Below the pieces are notes generated by a model, which was given only the letters and a program-made list of their open reading frames with translations, had not been told where the DNA came from and made no database searches. DNA of 61,988 nucleotides, filler included, from Basidioascus undulatus (taxonomy: Eukaryota), in NCBI GenBank assembly GCA_000826855.1. It is 6 parts of 6 records of this genome, joined end to end, with 100 filler letters (N's around TTAATTAATTAA, not from the genome) between each part and the next. Parts side by side here need not be neighbours in the genome. Positions count along the whole stretch, not along the records: positions 41,409 to 51,649 come from JTLS01001159.1; positions 51,750 to 61,988 come from JTLS01001160.1; 4 more parts are not named here. One strand, written 5' to 3'. A program made the position numbers and the translations under genes. Of this stretch, positions 47,381 to 59,616 are shown piece after piece. Positions within the stretch are counted from its first letter, which is position 1. Every line of letters starts with the position of its first letter.

Positions 47381-49473
47381 TTGGACACCGATTCGAGATA
47401 ACTTGGAGTTCAAGTGGGACATACCGGACGCGTTCAAGTAAGTTGTCTTCATCACCTCCGTTGGCTCGAAGCTCATCCTGATGCCAGGTTCGCGTGTTTC
47501 CTGTAACTCCAATGCAGCGGGAACTAACCTGTATGTCCCTCATTCAAGAAGAGCCACCTTTGGCACAAGTGTAACACTCGACCGTCTTTTATCAGATTCA
47601 TCGCGTGGCTCGGCAACTTTACGAAAGGCAGCGCCGAGCAACGCTCCTTCATCATCGGCACTCTCGTTGTTTGGGCTTATGTCTTCTCGTAAGTGGATCC
47701 TCGAATACTATATGATAGGCTCTTTGAGGCGAAACCGAGTCGATGTACAACAGTGCGAGTATCCCAACCGCAGTCTGGCCTGCCAGTGGTACGCTCCTCG
47801 GACCGTTTTCGGACATTTAATGACAGGGTTTATTGATGAATCTTCCGGACGCAGAGGCGCCGATTACAAGATCGGATGGAGTGAGTTTACCGTCGTTTCG
47901 CTTTGTGAAATTTCTGGGTTTTTCTGACGATGGAGACTCGAAGAATACGCCGTTGGCCTGTACTCAGCTCTCGTTCTGGCGGTTACCAATGTAGTCCTGC
48001 TCGAAAAGCGTCAACAGTAAGCCGACCTGTCACCTTGTCCTCTATCCTTTCTCTTCGCACTCTGCAATGCTCAACCCATGCCGCATTTCCGAGGCGCTGC
48101 GATTCTGACGACGCAATGCCCTAAATCGAGGAGATCTCAGCGGAGGAGGTGGGCGTGGATAGACGCTGCATGATCAGGACCGCGACAGCAGAAAGGACTT
48201 GGACTTGTATGCTGAGCTCGAGCCGGTGGCGCAGCTCGGTCTGCGTCTGGCGGCGGAACAGAGAACGCAGTAAGCGTGCTTGTACAATGTAATGCGGGGG
48301 TGGGTACGAGAGCAAAATGATGTTTCTAGATAGAACTACTTCTGATTGTTAAAAATTCTGGCTATATACTTGCTTGAGCGTGTTCAAGGGTGGGGTGACA
48401 GCTTGCAGCTTGCAAGGCGGTTGGAACCACCAGATTTCTTGGACGGTCTTTCGCTTCCACTCTTTCCGCCTTGCTTGCTACTCTCAAGATGAATCTTGGT
48501 ATCTTTACTGCTCATAACAGCTCAAAAAATTTTGCTGTTCGTCGTGCTAATGTGCCTTATCCCTCTTCGAAGCTTCGAACCCCACAGACTGTGCTTCGTA
48601 GAGCGCAGACACAGCTCGGCCGTCCGGTAAGTCTGACCGCTACGGAGAGTACGGACTGTGAGGATGCTTTCGCTTTGGCTGGAGTTTCTGAACACACCAG
48701 CTTTGTTCGATAAGAAAGCACCGAGAATCGGCTCTCTAGGACAGTGCCAGTCGTTGCGGACAGGCGATCCAATGTGGGCGCCGACCCGCCACCCCAAGCT
48801 TAGCTTCGCGATTGCGCAAAGCCCATGACACGCACAATTTATCAAGCCTCCCATAAGGCCCACATGTCGGCAGACTTTATCGAAAGCTTGTAATAATAGT
48901 GTGTTTAAGCACCGGCCGCCACGGACAAGAGTCGCCGAGGCGGGGGCGGAGAAGATTCGGAGCGCCTGCTCGCGTGCCTACGCATCTCACGCTCATTTAC
49001 GCTGCGTTCATTCAGTGAGATAGTGCTCCGACACATGTCTACGTATGCCCGGGACGCGCCGGGATATCCTGAAGCTTCATGTTAGTGCCCCGCCGATGCG
49101 GATGCCGCCATCAAAGATGAAAGCTGCTGGGCGGCGAACGCCTTCGCCCATCGTTACTTCGCGCTTTTCAGACTTTTCATCGTCCAACTCCCGCCTCTCG
49201 ACTTACACAAATGAGCGGGTACCAAAAGCCCTTTTTGAAAGTAGTCGAAGCTAGCACTTCACTACGTCTTGCTACAGCAGCTACCCCGATTTTGCGACCA
49301 GTCCAGTTGTCGATAGCAGCGCCTTTTCCTACCGTCCTAACGAAGGCGTTCAATTGTACCCGCCTCGCCGCCTTGCCGATGTTGCGATAGATTCTCGTCG
49401 GGACCCGCCCCGGCAGCAAGGTATAAACCCCGCTCAGCGTCTCATGCACTCCTGTCCCCTCGAGCGAGCCATC

Positions 49474-50292
49474 ATGTCGACCACCATCCACCCCCCGCAC
49501 ATCCAGCGCCGCCGCGTCCCAGCTCCCATCGCTGTCATCCCAGAGATCCCTCCGCCTTCGGGGCAGCAGCACTCCCGCCGACGCGCTGCCACATACACCT
49601 CTCAGCAGATTCTGTCCCCTTCGGAACTAGACGCCATCGCGCGCTCTTCTGCGGTGCCCTTTCCGTCGTCCTCGCCTCCATCCCCTCCCATTTCCCCCGT
49701 CCCGCGCCGGCCCCGGACCGCCCCCCAGACGGGAGGCCTCTCCCCACCCCCTCCGCACGCGCTCGTCCTTTCTTCGGACAGCGACGACGGCGCCCCGGCG
49801 CCGAGGGGCCGTAAGCGCTCGATGTCGATGCGGCGCCCGGCCACGACAGCCGAGGGCGACTACGAGCGGCACCGGGAGCGCGAGCTGAGCCCGTGGCTGA
49901 CGAGCCCGCCGCGACGTTGGGGGGAAGGCAGGACGGTGTACCCGGTGCGGGCGCTGGGGTATAAGAGCGGGCGGCGGAGCGCGGAGAAGTTGCACGGCGT
50001 TCACACTCCCCCTCCGTCGGCGTCGACCTTGAAGCTCGGGCGGGACACCTTCGTTGACCAGCACCGACAGTCCTTGCCTCTGACGCCGCCGCTCACACCT
50101 GCCTCCCCCGAGCTCCCGGTCTCCCTCCTGTTCTCTTGCCCGCCCCTCGAACGCGACGCGCCGCTCCCGTCGACCCCGGAGCAGGACCCGAGCCGCCTGA
50201 CCGCGTCCAGCTGGTTCCCGCCCTCGCCCCCGCCGCGGGTTTCGCGGGGAAAGCGGCTGCTTCAGCGGTTCGGACTTTCGGGGAAGGAGTGA
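49474..50292 (+). CDS. Hypothetical Pro/Ser/Arg-rich disordered protein (single exon)
   Basis: Long GC-rich ORF with TATAAA at ~49423 and ATCATG start. No family motif. Confidence 0.6.
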   Translation: MSTTIHPPHIQRRRVPAPIAVIPEIPPPSGQQHSRRRAATYTSQQILSPSELDAIARSSAVPFPSSSPPSPPISPVPRRPRTAPQTGGLSPPPPHALVLSSDSDDGAPAPRGRKRSMSMRRPATTAEGDYERHRERELSPWLTSPPRRWGEGRTVYPVRALGYKSGRRSAEKLHGVHTPPPSASTLKLGRDTFVDQHRQSLPLTPPLTPASPELPVSLLFSCPPLERDAPLPSTPEQDPSRLTASSWFPPSPPPRVSRGKRLLQRFGLSGKE

Positions 50293-51522
50293 TAGGGCGA
50301 GGAAGACGCGGGTCGTTCTTTGCCTGGGTTCTGGGTCTAGGCGAGTTTCGTGTCTGTATGCTTGTATGAGAGGGGCTTGCGACACTATGCACAACTATAA
50401 TATGAGCTTTGTATGCGCCGGACTGCGACAGGCGCCCTTGTCTTCTGAAAGTGAGAGTAAATCAAATACCCTTGAAACTACCATCGACAGCGGTGAGAGC
50501 TGGCTTTCAGGAGCTGCAGCGACTGCCAGCCCGTCGTGTCCTTTCCAACTAAACAGTCTGGCCCTGTGTAAAGGCGAAAATGGGCTATATTATCTTTCTA
50601 AAATCTGTGCGAACCCCGCTGGTCAGAATATGCATTAAACGGTGGATGCGGGACTCCCACCAGGCTCTCCGGACGGTCTGCAGAGCGTTCGCGACGCAGT
50701 TCTGCCCACCATCACTTCCGAGCGAGTGAGTGTGGTATAGGCCGAACCGACTTGTGCTTGGTTATTCTCTCACACAGGTGCATTGTCCAGGCGCAGTCCT
50801 TTCCTGCCCCGGGGGGGAATTTTCACCACTGCACTCCGGACTGCCACCTCTTTCTTGCCTATCAGCGACGAACAAAGAATCCATTCACGGTTAATGTGAA
50901 TGCACCTTCCCTTGATGGATTCCCAAGGATAACAAGCAAAACGCCGTTTGCTGGGCGTGTTTGGGCCGCTGCACCGCCCGCCGCCGCCTTGCAGCGGATC
51001 CAGCGGCTTGCAGCTGTCACAGTCACCGTGACGGTCACGGCCATGCACGACATTTCGCCTTCTTTCTTTCCAGCCCCCACCTTCTTCAAGGCCTCTAGAC
51101 CTCCCAGATTCCTAACGGATTTTCTGAGTGTCTGGACATCTCAACGAGGCAGGTGTATGACCCCTGGCACTACCCCAAACGCCGGACGACGGGCTCTCGG
51201 CTCTCCTCCGTCTTTTTTGTTTTTCGCGCTTTGTTTGCGCATCAGTTGTTCTTGCGCGTCCGTTCTCATCACCTGCCTCCCTCTTGTTTGCGCGTCCGCC
51301 TGCACAGCTTCCGCATTCCGTAGCATTCTGCGCAACGCCGTTGCCGTTGCGCCAGCCTGCTGTGGAGCTTCCGTGGCACAATGCGCTCTGTAAGCACTCG
51401 GCGCTGCAGCGTGCGGGACCAACAGCACGGGTTCGATAAGAATTATAAAGATGCGAACACTCCGGTCTGCTTACTAGCCTATTTCCCCCATCCCCTCCCT
51501 CAGCTGCTACAACATCTACAAC

Positions 51523-51649
51523 ATGCTTTCCAACATCCTCACCTACTTCTCCGCCCCCTCTGGGCACTCCTCGCCTCCTCCGCCCTATCCACCCCCATCC
51601 CCAACCTCCGCCACTCTCGACCCCCTTCCCTCTCTCCCTACCTTTCCTT
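51523..51649 (+). CDS. 5' end of an unknown gene, truncated
   Basis: TATAAA ~51444, CAACATG start, MLSNILTYFSAPSGHSSPPPPY... Confidence 0.35.
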
Positions 51650-51749
51650 NNNNNNNNNNNNNNNNNNNNNNNNNNNNNNNNNNNNNNNNNNNNTTAATTA
51701 ATTAANNNNNNNNNNNNNNNNNNNNNNNNNNNNNNNNNNNNNNNNNNNN
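51650..51749. other. Artificial contig linker
   Basis: N44-TTAATTAATTAA-N44. Confidence 0.98.
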
Positions 51750-51943
51750 GCGGCGGGGGCGGGGGCGGGGGGTTGACGTTGACGACGAGCTTGGCCGGCT
51801 ACACGGGAAAAGGCGCGGAGTGAGCTGCGGGTTCGCCGGGTGAGAATGAAAAGTGAAGTGCGCACGTCCAGCGGCGCGAGAGCAGGCACCGGCAGCTTGC
51901 CCAGGGGCGTGGAGAAGCCGTCAGTTGAGGCGGGCGCAGTCAT
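51750..51943 (-). CDS. 5' end of an unknown gene, truncated
   Basis: MTAPASTDGFSTPLGKLPVPALAPLD, then a GTGCGC donor. Confidence 0.35.
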
Positions 51944-52646
51944 ATCGCTGGTGTGAGAAGTCCGACTCGAGACGATAAGCGATGTTGGCAGGGGGACGTT
52001 CAGACCCGCTTGTCGTAGCAGAGAATGAGCGGGAGTCTATGATTTTGAAGAACAGCACTCACCTGAGGCAAATTATGTGCGACTGGAGGAGCACAGCGAG
52101 CGTGGAAGAAGACAATGGTCGGCGGTCAAGCAAGAAGACCGTCCCCAAGCGAGTCACGCCCGCTCAGTCGCTGACGCAAAGTACTCGCCTGCCGCCTGCC
52201 GCGCGGCACAGGCACAGGCCCTCCAGACCCACACACTTTCCTTCACAGCTTCAATGCCACCGTCCGTTCTTCAATATTGAACGAGAGCAAGAAGGTACAA
52301 GAAGGACGATCCCGGAGGCATCAGCAAGGAATCAGCACCGAAGCAACGGTCATGCTCATTCGTGCAGCGCCGGGGCTTGCGTTGAATGCCCTCCTGACCA
52401 TTGAGCATCGGCTCTACAGCCTCACGCCCGGCGCACCACGCATACATCAGGAGACGCGGGCAGATAGACAGCGATAGTAATAGATCATTAATTCGTAAAG
52501 ATGCAAGAGGTGCGCGCGATCGCGCTTTTGGCAGATGGTGGGGGTATCGTACAAGATGCAGCCATGACAACAGGAGTGCAGGAGGATAATGAGGTTCCGC
52601 AAAGAAACTTATCCGGTGAAGGAGAAGAAAGTTCAGGGAGGGGAAT

Positions 52647-53710
52647 CTATGCGGAGGGCGCGGGCTCGACGGGCTTGTCCTGCGCAGCGTCGCGCGCAGC
52701 GAGCTCGGCCTCGCGACGCTTCTTGTCAAAGTTCCTCTTCATGACGAACTGTTGTAATGCACGACGGTCAGCGACGGCGCAACAAAGGAGAAAAGGTAAA
52801 GCGAGTACGCACGTAGTCCTTGTGCAACCCGCACTCCGTCTTCGCCTTGTTCGCCCACCGCCCGCTGCGCTCGGACTCGTCGCCGTTGCTCGAGCCGGGG
52901 ACGGCGGTGGAATGCCAGTCGCCGATGGACTTATAGCCCTTGTCGAGGAGCGCGTTGTATGGCACGCCGTTCGCGTCAATGTAGTCCTTGACGTCCTTGA
53001 ACGTCCAGTTCGCGAGCGGATTGACCTTGACGAGGCCGGTCTCGTCCACCTCGACAGCCTTGATGGACGCGCGGTCCGCGCCTTGGGATTTCCGGCGGCC
53101 AGTCAGGACGGCGAGGACGTTCAGCTCGTCGTAGGAGCGGCGGGAAGGCTCGACCTGAAAGAGGACGAAAAGAAAGTCAGAAAAGCCGAGACAGACTTGT
53201 AGTGGAGGTGCGGTGGGTGAAAAGAAGACGCACCTTGACGACGTAGTCGTACGTGTCCTCGTCCGTCTTCCACAACTCCGGACCGTACATCTCCTCAAAC
53301 TGCGCCGCGTTCGACACACCGAACGGGGCGTAGACGTGCAGGGGCGCGTCGTACTTCTCGGCCATGCGCTTGGCAAGGTCGAGCGTCTCCTGGAAGTGGT
53401 AGAGGGTGTCGAGGAAGATGAGGGGGACGAGGTGCTTCTGGCCGCGCTGCTGCGAGATCTTGGAAATCATGTCGACGGCGGCCGTGCCGGTGAGGCCGAA
53501 CGCGGTCGTCTGGTAGAGGCCGGGGAGGTTGTCGATCGCCCACTCAAGGATCTCCTGGGGCGCGGCGTCGGCGAGGCGGGCGTTGATGGACACGAGCTCG
53601 GACTCGGAGATGGAGATCTTGGAGGGGACGGTGCGAGAGGTGGAGAGCAGCGAGGCTGAGTCGCTCGTCGTCTGCGTGATGGGGACGGGAATGGCGACCG
53701 AGGCGGACAT
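52647..53710 (-). CDS. MET16: Phosphoadenosine phosphosulfate (PAPS) reductase
   Basis: LYQTTAFGLTG, IFLDTLYHFQET, YDYVVK|VEP, TGRRKSQGADR, KVNPLANW, YNALLDKGYKSIGDWHST, ERSGRW...KTECGLH. Confidence 0.96.
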
Positions 53711-54760
53711 CGTTGGCGGTGTCGTTGGGTTGGCAGGGGGGTCGTGAAAAATGTGCAGGGGAAGAGAGAAGACGCTGGCTACGTGCAGTGCCGATCCGCG
53801 GGCTTCTAGTGATGCAGTGTCCGGGGGGAGGGTGTCTATGGGGAACGAATAAAAGACGATGGACGATGCGAGGGAGATGATGGGGGTTATCAAAGGAGTG
53901 TGGGTGCGCTGTTGGGCCAGCGAAGGACGATGCTGAGGTGAGCGATCAGGGCTGCCGATGGCGTGCTTGAAAAGACGAGCTGACCTCGAGAAGACGTCGC
54001 TCGCGCGCGCGCGCCGCGCGCCGGCCGACGATGACTAAAAATCGCGGCGGGCCTGGCCCGATCGATCAATGAGTGAGACAGACAAAACCGGTGGAGATTT
54101 TCCGTCATTCCAAGTCATCTTGTTGTCAACGGTGCTTCAGACAGTGACGGCGAGCTGACGGCGCCGATCCCCGATGACAGCCGGAGGAGCTGTCGAAGAC
54201 GTTGAAGACCTCGAAACACTCACTCGCTCGCCCAATTTCGTACATAGCTTGTTATTCTACATACTTGTCCATAATATTCACATATTTAACAAGGGCCAAC
54301 GAGTTGGGTTGCTTGCGCTAAGTATGAACCCGCCAGCCCCAGTGGCAAGCGGGTAAGTAGCATAAGTAGCTGCGTATCTCACTGCGATGATGGCAATTGG
54401 CTGTTCGACTAATGACCAGCGAGGCTATTAGGCACCCAGTCGTAAGAAGAACATCGGAGACAGCCGTCTGCGACGCAGGCCAGTCAATTCTTAACCGAGT
54501 TTCGGCAGCACTGCCTGTGACTTCCGTGCCCCTGCTGTTGTTTGGCTGTTGTCGTGTTATCGGTTGGTTAGGCGGTATCAAAACGCAAGGAAACAGTGGA
54601 CTGTCTTGAATTTCAAAACCCCGGTAGGTAGACGAAAGCCAGCTTTAACGACCGCACATCACTTACGGACCAGCAATTGCGTGCAATAATGCATATCCTC
54701 CGCAGTGTATTTTGCCCAATGTGTAACATCTATATCCGTTTTTCAGACCATATCGACCTC

Positions 54761-56328
54761 CTACACCACCTTGGCGATGTCGGAGTTGACGAAAGCCGAG
54801 GTCTGGAAGCCGCCCGTGGGGGAGGAGACCACGCCAGCCTTCTCGAGCACCCTGCGCGGCAAGAAAGATCAGGTACGTTGGCGACACACTGAAATTGGAG
54901 GAAACAGGATCCAGAGGAAACGACACATACTCGAGCGTATCCAGCACGACCTTCCCGCTGACCTCCTCGAGCGGCGCATCGGGGTACTTAACCTGCCCCA
55001 GCCAGTTCCTGACGTCCTGCTCCTCGTAGCCAAACTCCCTCTTGATGTACTCGACGTCCGGGCCCGCGCGCGCTTCGGCGCTGTCGAACGCGCGCACGCT
55101 CTCGGTGAGGGCGGCGAGGAAGGCGCGCACAGCCTCGGGCGGGGCGCGCTCGGAAGAGGTGGACGCGGCGATGGACCACGAGGGCCACGGGGTGGGAAGG
55201 GAGCCGATGAAGCGCACTTCTTTGGACTTGTGCTGGAGGGGAGAAAGAGGTGAGGTGAGTAGGCGGGGGAGTGGTAAAAACGGAGAGGGAGATACGGACG
55301 TAGTCGAGAGTGGTGAACCATTCTACAGTAACGCACTGTCACTTCTGAGCTAATCGAGGACAGGGAAACTAAAGCATGATGGCTCACCCCACATGAAGAA
55401 CGCCGTGCTACCGTCGTTCACAGAGTCCCGGAGGTTCTTGAAGGTGTCGTTCACTAGGCGGTCTTCGCTGTCAGTCGCCAACCGATCTCCGCCCTCCATC
55501 ACCGGTCTGCACTCACCGACAAACTTCACCTCCTCCACCTTCCCCTCTCCATCCGTCCACCCGTTCTGCAGTGCCAGCACGGACGCCATGACCTGGCTGC
55601 CGCTGCCAGTACGCGAGATGCCGACGGGCTGGCCGCGCAGGTCCGCGACGGAGTTGTACGGCGAGGAAGCGCCGGTGATGATCGCCCTGATTATGAGAGG
55701 CAGGAAGGAGATGAAGTTTGAGAGCGAGGAGGCGGTGAGGTGGGGATACAACGTACCAGTTCAGGGGAGAAGAAACGTAAGAGCCGACGAGGGAGTAGTG
55801 GGATGCGCCTTTGGCGATTCCCGCAATGAGGGACTCGGTCAGGGCGCTAAGAATCCCCAGTCCACCAGACCCGCCGGTCAGTGTCCCGCTCGGGGCAACC
55901 CCTTGAGGAGGAAGACGCTGCTCGAGACGAGGCTAGTCGAGAGAGAAGACGCACATGGACACATCGATCTCGCCGTCCTTCAACCGCTGGATCATTTGGC
56001 CCGTCCCGCCTTACACACCCCATCCCAATCGAATTAACCCCCGTTACATGCACCTCCGTTCTTAATAACGAGGGCGCGTACTGGGGCACGAGACGATCTC
56101 GAACGTCTTTCCGCCGTCCTTGGCCGCGAGCTGCAGGAGCGGGGAGGAGAAGTGCCTAGCTGCGGAATGAGGTGAGCATCATAATTCGGAGAAAATCATT
56201 CAAGAGCTGCTAGCGTACTCTGGTACGTAGCCAACCCTCAAGACTGCGAACCCGAGAGAGTCATCAGATTCCGCTGAGACGGCCATCGCACAGAACCGTC
56301 GTGATTACGCACCGCGAGAATCCGACAT
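54761..56328 (-). CDS. Ca3427-like / NMT1-THI5-like periplasmic-binding-fold protein
   Basis: LRVGYVPE|HFSSP, CP..GTGQM, YVSSPLNW, AIITG, GISRTGSGSQVM, FKNLRDSVN, AFFMW, IGSLPTPWPSWSIAA, WLGQVKYP. Confidence 0.82.
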
Positions 56329-56672
56329 GATCGACCGTCTGAGAGCTCTAGAGGAAAGGAAAAAAGGACGGAGGGAGGCGGATGATGGACAGAGAAAGGA
56401 AGATTTGGAGAAGACGCAATCGACACGAGAACGATACGGTCGCTGAGCGGAGATGCTGTGAAGCGGTAGGACGCGCAGCATTGCCAAAGAACGCGGCGGA
56501 AGGCAGCCAATGCGTAGAGGGTACGACAAGCGTTCGACAGCGGTCGTGCAAGGCAGAGGTGACAAATGCATCAAATCGAATCTCATCAAGTCACATCACA
56601 GCCAAGTCACGTAAGGTCAGGTCACAACACATCTCTCTTCGCGGGGGGTATCTGCCGCTGCCCAGCAGCGAT

Positions 56673-57561
56673 CTACTGCGTGCGGACCGTGCCGTCGCTC
56701 TCTGCCCGACCGCGCGCACCCCACATCACATCTCAGCATGCCATACCAACCAAAAATCAAACGAGAGGGAAGGGGAATATAGGCGATAGGGAACGGGGGA
56801 TGGGGGAGATAAAGAGGCGGACGCACCGAACGCCTCGATCCACGGGTGGCTGTCGCCGGCAGCCTTGAAGTCGCTCGCGTGGTCGTCGGGGAGGTGCACG
56901 GTCAGGATGCTCCCCCCGAAGGCTTCGGCGGCGATGTGGCCGCCTGTCGATCCGCTCTTGGTGTCAGCCCACGTCCCACCGGACCGGAATTAGGAACATA
57001 GGAATGTGCGAAGGTAGGAAGGTGTGAAGGTGTGAAGGTGGACAGGTGGGAAGGTAGGAAGGCGGGGAGGAGAGGGGGAAGAACAGACGACGCACCCTTG
57101 GAGGTAATGTCCGCCTTGACCTTTTCAATCTCCTCCTTGGGCGCACCGTCCTTGAGGGTGATGAGGTACTTGGGGTGCGAGGTGGCTGGTCGTCCGAACG
57201 CGCGTCGTCCACCACCAGTCAACCACCGTCCACCACGCCCAAGAAACCCCACTTGCTCCCGATCAGCTCCCTCTTCCTTGCTGTTCCATGATAGAGGTCG
57301 AAGGGGAGACGCACGAGACATCGTGTCCTTCTGGCCGTGGAGGGACGAGACGAACGACGCGGGCGGATAACTGAAGTGCTGGGACAGCGGGGTGGAGAAG
57401 AAGAAGAGGAGGGCGCCTGCGAAGAGGGTGAGGAGCGCGAGGGCGGTGAGCGTTGGGCGGGCCAGGTTGACGGATTCTCTTTGGATGTTTGCGGGTGGGT
57501 GGTGGTGGCGTGTGGACTTGGGAGAGAGGTCGTGATTGCAAGAGGGGGAGGGCATGCGCAT
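56673..57561 (-). CDS. Peptidase inhibitor I9 (subtilisin propeptide-like); short form starts at 57321, long form has an N-terminal TM segment
   Basis: KYLITLKDGAPKEEIEKVKADITSKGGHI...IEAFESDGTVRTQ*, matching the POIA1/IB2-type pattern. Confidence 0.78.
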
Positions 57562-57747
57562 GACGCAGCGGGAGGGGGAGTACCGTAGGTGTAGTAGGAG
57601 GCCGGGGAGATAGGCCCGGTCCAAAGTCGTGCTTCATTCGTTGCTCTTCTCTCGCTTCAGTCGCTTCGATTCGTCTTCCTTTTCTCAGTTGGCAGCACAG
57701 CATAGACGGATTGAACGGGATCATAGAGACGGATTAAGTGAAGGAAC

Positions 57748-57933
57748 ATGGCGAAGCGGGTGATCATCATCGGCGTCGGGTGAGTGTCTGTCCACGCTCT
57801 CAGAACCAGGAAATGCTGAGCTGGGAGATGGTCTCCAGCGGCGCGACCTGCTCAGGCAAAACCACTCTCGCCAAGCACCTGCGCAACGTGCTCCCGAACT
57901 CCTTCATCCTACACCAAGACGACTATGCCCCTC
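57748..57933 (+). CDS. NRK1: Nicotinamide riboside kinase N-terminal exons only (P-loop)
   Basis: MAKRVIIIGVG|GATCSGKTTLAKHLRNVLPNSFILHQDDYAP. Confidence 0.75.
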
Positions 57934-57999
57934 GTCCGTCTCCCATCCCTCCCCTCCCCTTCCCTCTTCATCTAACGTACCGAGGGGTGGGCGGGGAAG

Positions 58000-58972
58000 C
58001 CAATTTACCGCAAGAGGCGCTCGAGATATTCGATGCGCTCGAGAAGGAGAAGGCGACGGGCGTGTACTACGGGTTCGCGCAGGTCGACCTGCCTGATGCG
58101 CCCGAGGGGGAGGATAAGGACCGGGGCGTGTTTCCCATGGCGATGAGCGTCGGGTGGAACCCTTATTATAAGAATGAGAAGCTGACGGCGGTGCGTCCTC
58201 TCTCCACCACTTCTCCCCGTCCTCTAGCCTCCTCCCTTCCTGTCTTCCCCCTTCTTCCTCTTTCGGCTTTCTCCCCGTCTTAAAGGCAAGGTGGAAGCTG
58301 AACAAACTACGGGGACGTCTACAGGAGGTCCACATCATCCACGAATACGCCAACGACTTTTACGGGCGCAACCTCCGTGTCGTCGTCCTGGGGTACATCC
58401 GTCCGGAGCTGGACTATATCTCCAAGGGTTCGTCTTCTTTCCGCCTTCCTCCTTTCAACCACCTCCGCTCTTCCTCTCTATTCCTGCCTTCCTCAAAGTT
58501 ACCCTGCCCCCTTCTCCTCCACCTTCCTACCCCTCCCCTCCTTCACCTTCTGCTCCGTCGTCTTCTATGCCGCCGCTGCCTCCTCCGTTCTTCCTCCCCC
58601 TTTTCCTCCCTTTTTCATCCCCATCCCTCTCTTCGCTCTTCTCTCCTCACCCCCTTCTCTCTTCGTACCCTCCGCCTTCCCAACACGTCTTCCCGTCTTC
58701 CCGCCCTGCACACACCACTCCTCTCCGCCCCTCCTCTGTGCTCCGTTTCCCTCGCTCTCCTTCCTTCCTCATCTCCCTTCTCCGCGTCCGGCACCTCCAA
58801 TCTCTCAAATTGCTAATGAATCCCGGTTGGGACGGCCCAAGCAGAAGCCCTAATCGAAGACATCGACACCGACAAGCGCGTCGCGATCGAGTCGCTCGCG
58901 CGCCCCGCGTACGCCGTGTTCAAGGACGACGCGCTGTTCACGCACCCCACCCCCACCCCCAGCTCCGCATGA
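58000..58972 (+). CDS. FMN1: Riboflavin kinase lacking its N-terminal exon(s)
   Basis: NLP, TGVYYGFA, VFPMAMSVGWNPYYKN, EVHIIHEY..DFYG..LRVVVLGYIRPELDY, EALIEDI..D. The GFGRGS...PT motif is absent. Confidence 0.85.
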
Positions 58973-59616
58973 CATGCCCCGCCTGTCCGCGGGCTGGGTC
59001 GTCGGGGAGGATGGGTGGGGGGACAGGGAGGATGAGGTGGCCTGGGCTTTGAGGGTTGAGGGTTGATGCGATGATGGGGTGAGGTAGCGCGCTGGTGCGT
59101 CCGGGACGAGGGGACGGAGGGGTGAAGGCGAGGGAGGGGAGGAGAGAAAAGGCGAGGGGGTTTAGAGCACGATGCTATAGAAGGAATGACAGGTGGTGCG
59201 ATGCGACGGGTCAGCGTGGTGCAGGATAACGGAAGGATGCGTGCCGACGGCTGTGTGCGAGTTGAGAGTGTGAGAGTGCTTGGGCCTATGTATGGGTGTC
59301 GGACACCTCGAGCCACCTGCACGTCCGCTCGAACTTTGAACTTCGACGCCCTACGCACGACACCCCGCCTCCCCTACTTACTTCCCGCGCGTCAGACCTC
59401 CGCCGGGCGCACACGTACAGCGTGCTGAACAACGCGAAGTTCTGAGCCGAAACATACAAGTGGCCGCTGCCCACTGACCGCTCTCCGTACACACAAGTGA
59501 GACCCAGCGAAGGTCAAGAACCTGCACTGCCAGCTATGTAATGCTGCAGCCAGCCAGCCAAAGTATCGCACGTCCAATGTCCATCCGCACGTCTAATCTT
59601 CCCCATCCCCATCCCC

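Noticed and set aside
10364..53710. Sulfate-assimilation cluster (MET22, MET16, HEM4 for siroheme)
   Set aside because: MET16 is on a different, size-sorted contig. Only MET22 and HEM4 share a contig, and the HEM4 junction is suspect.
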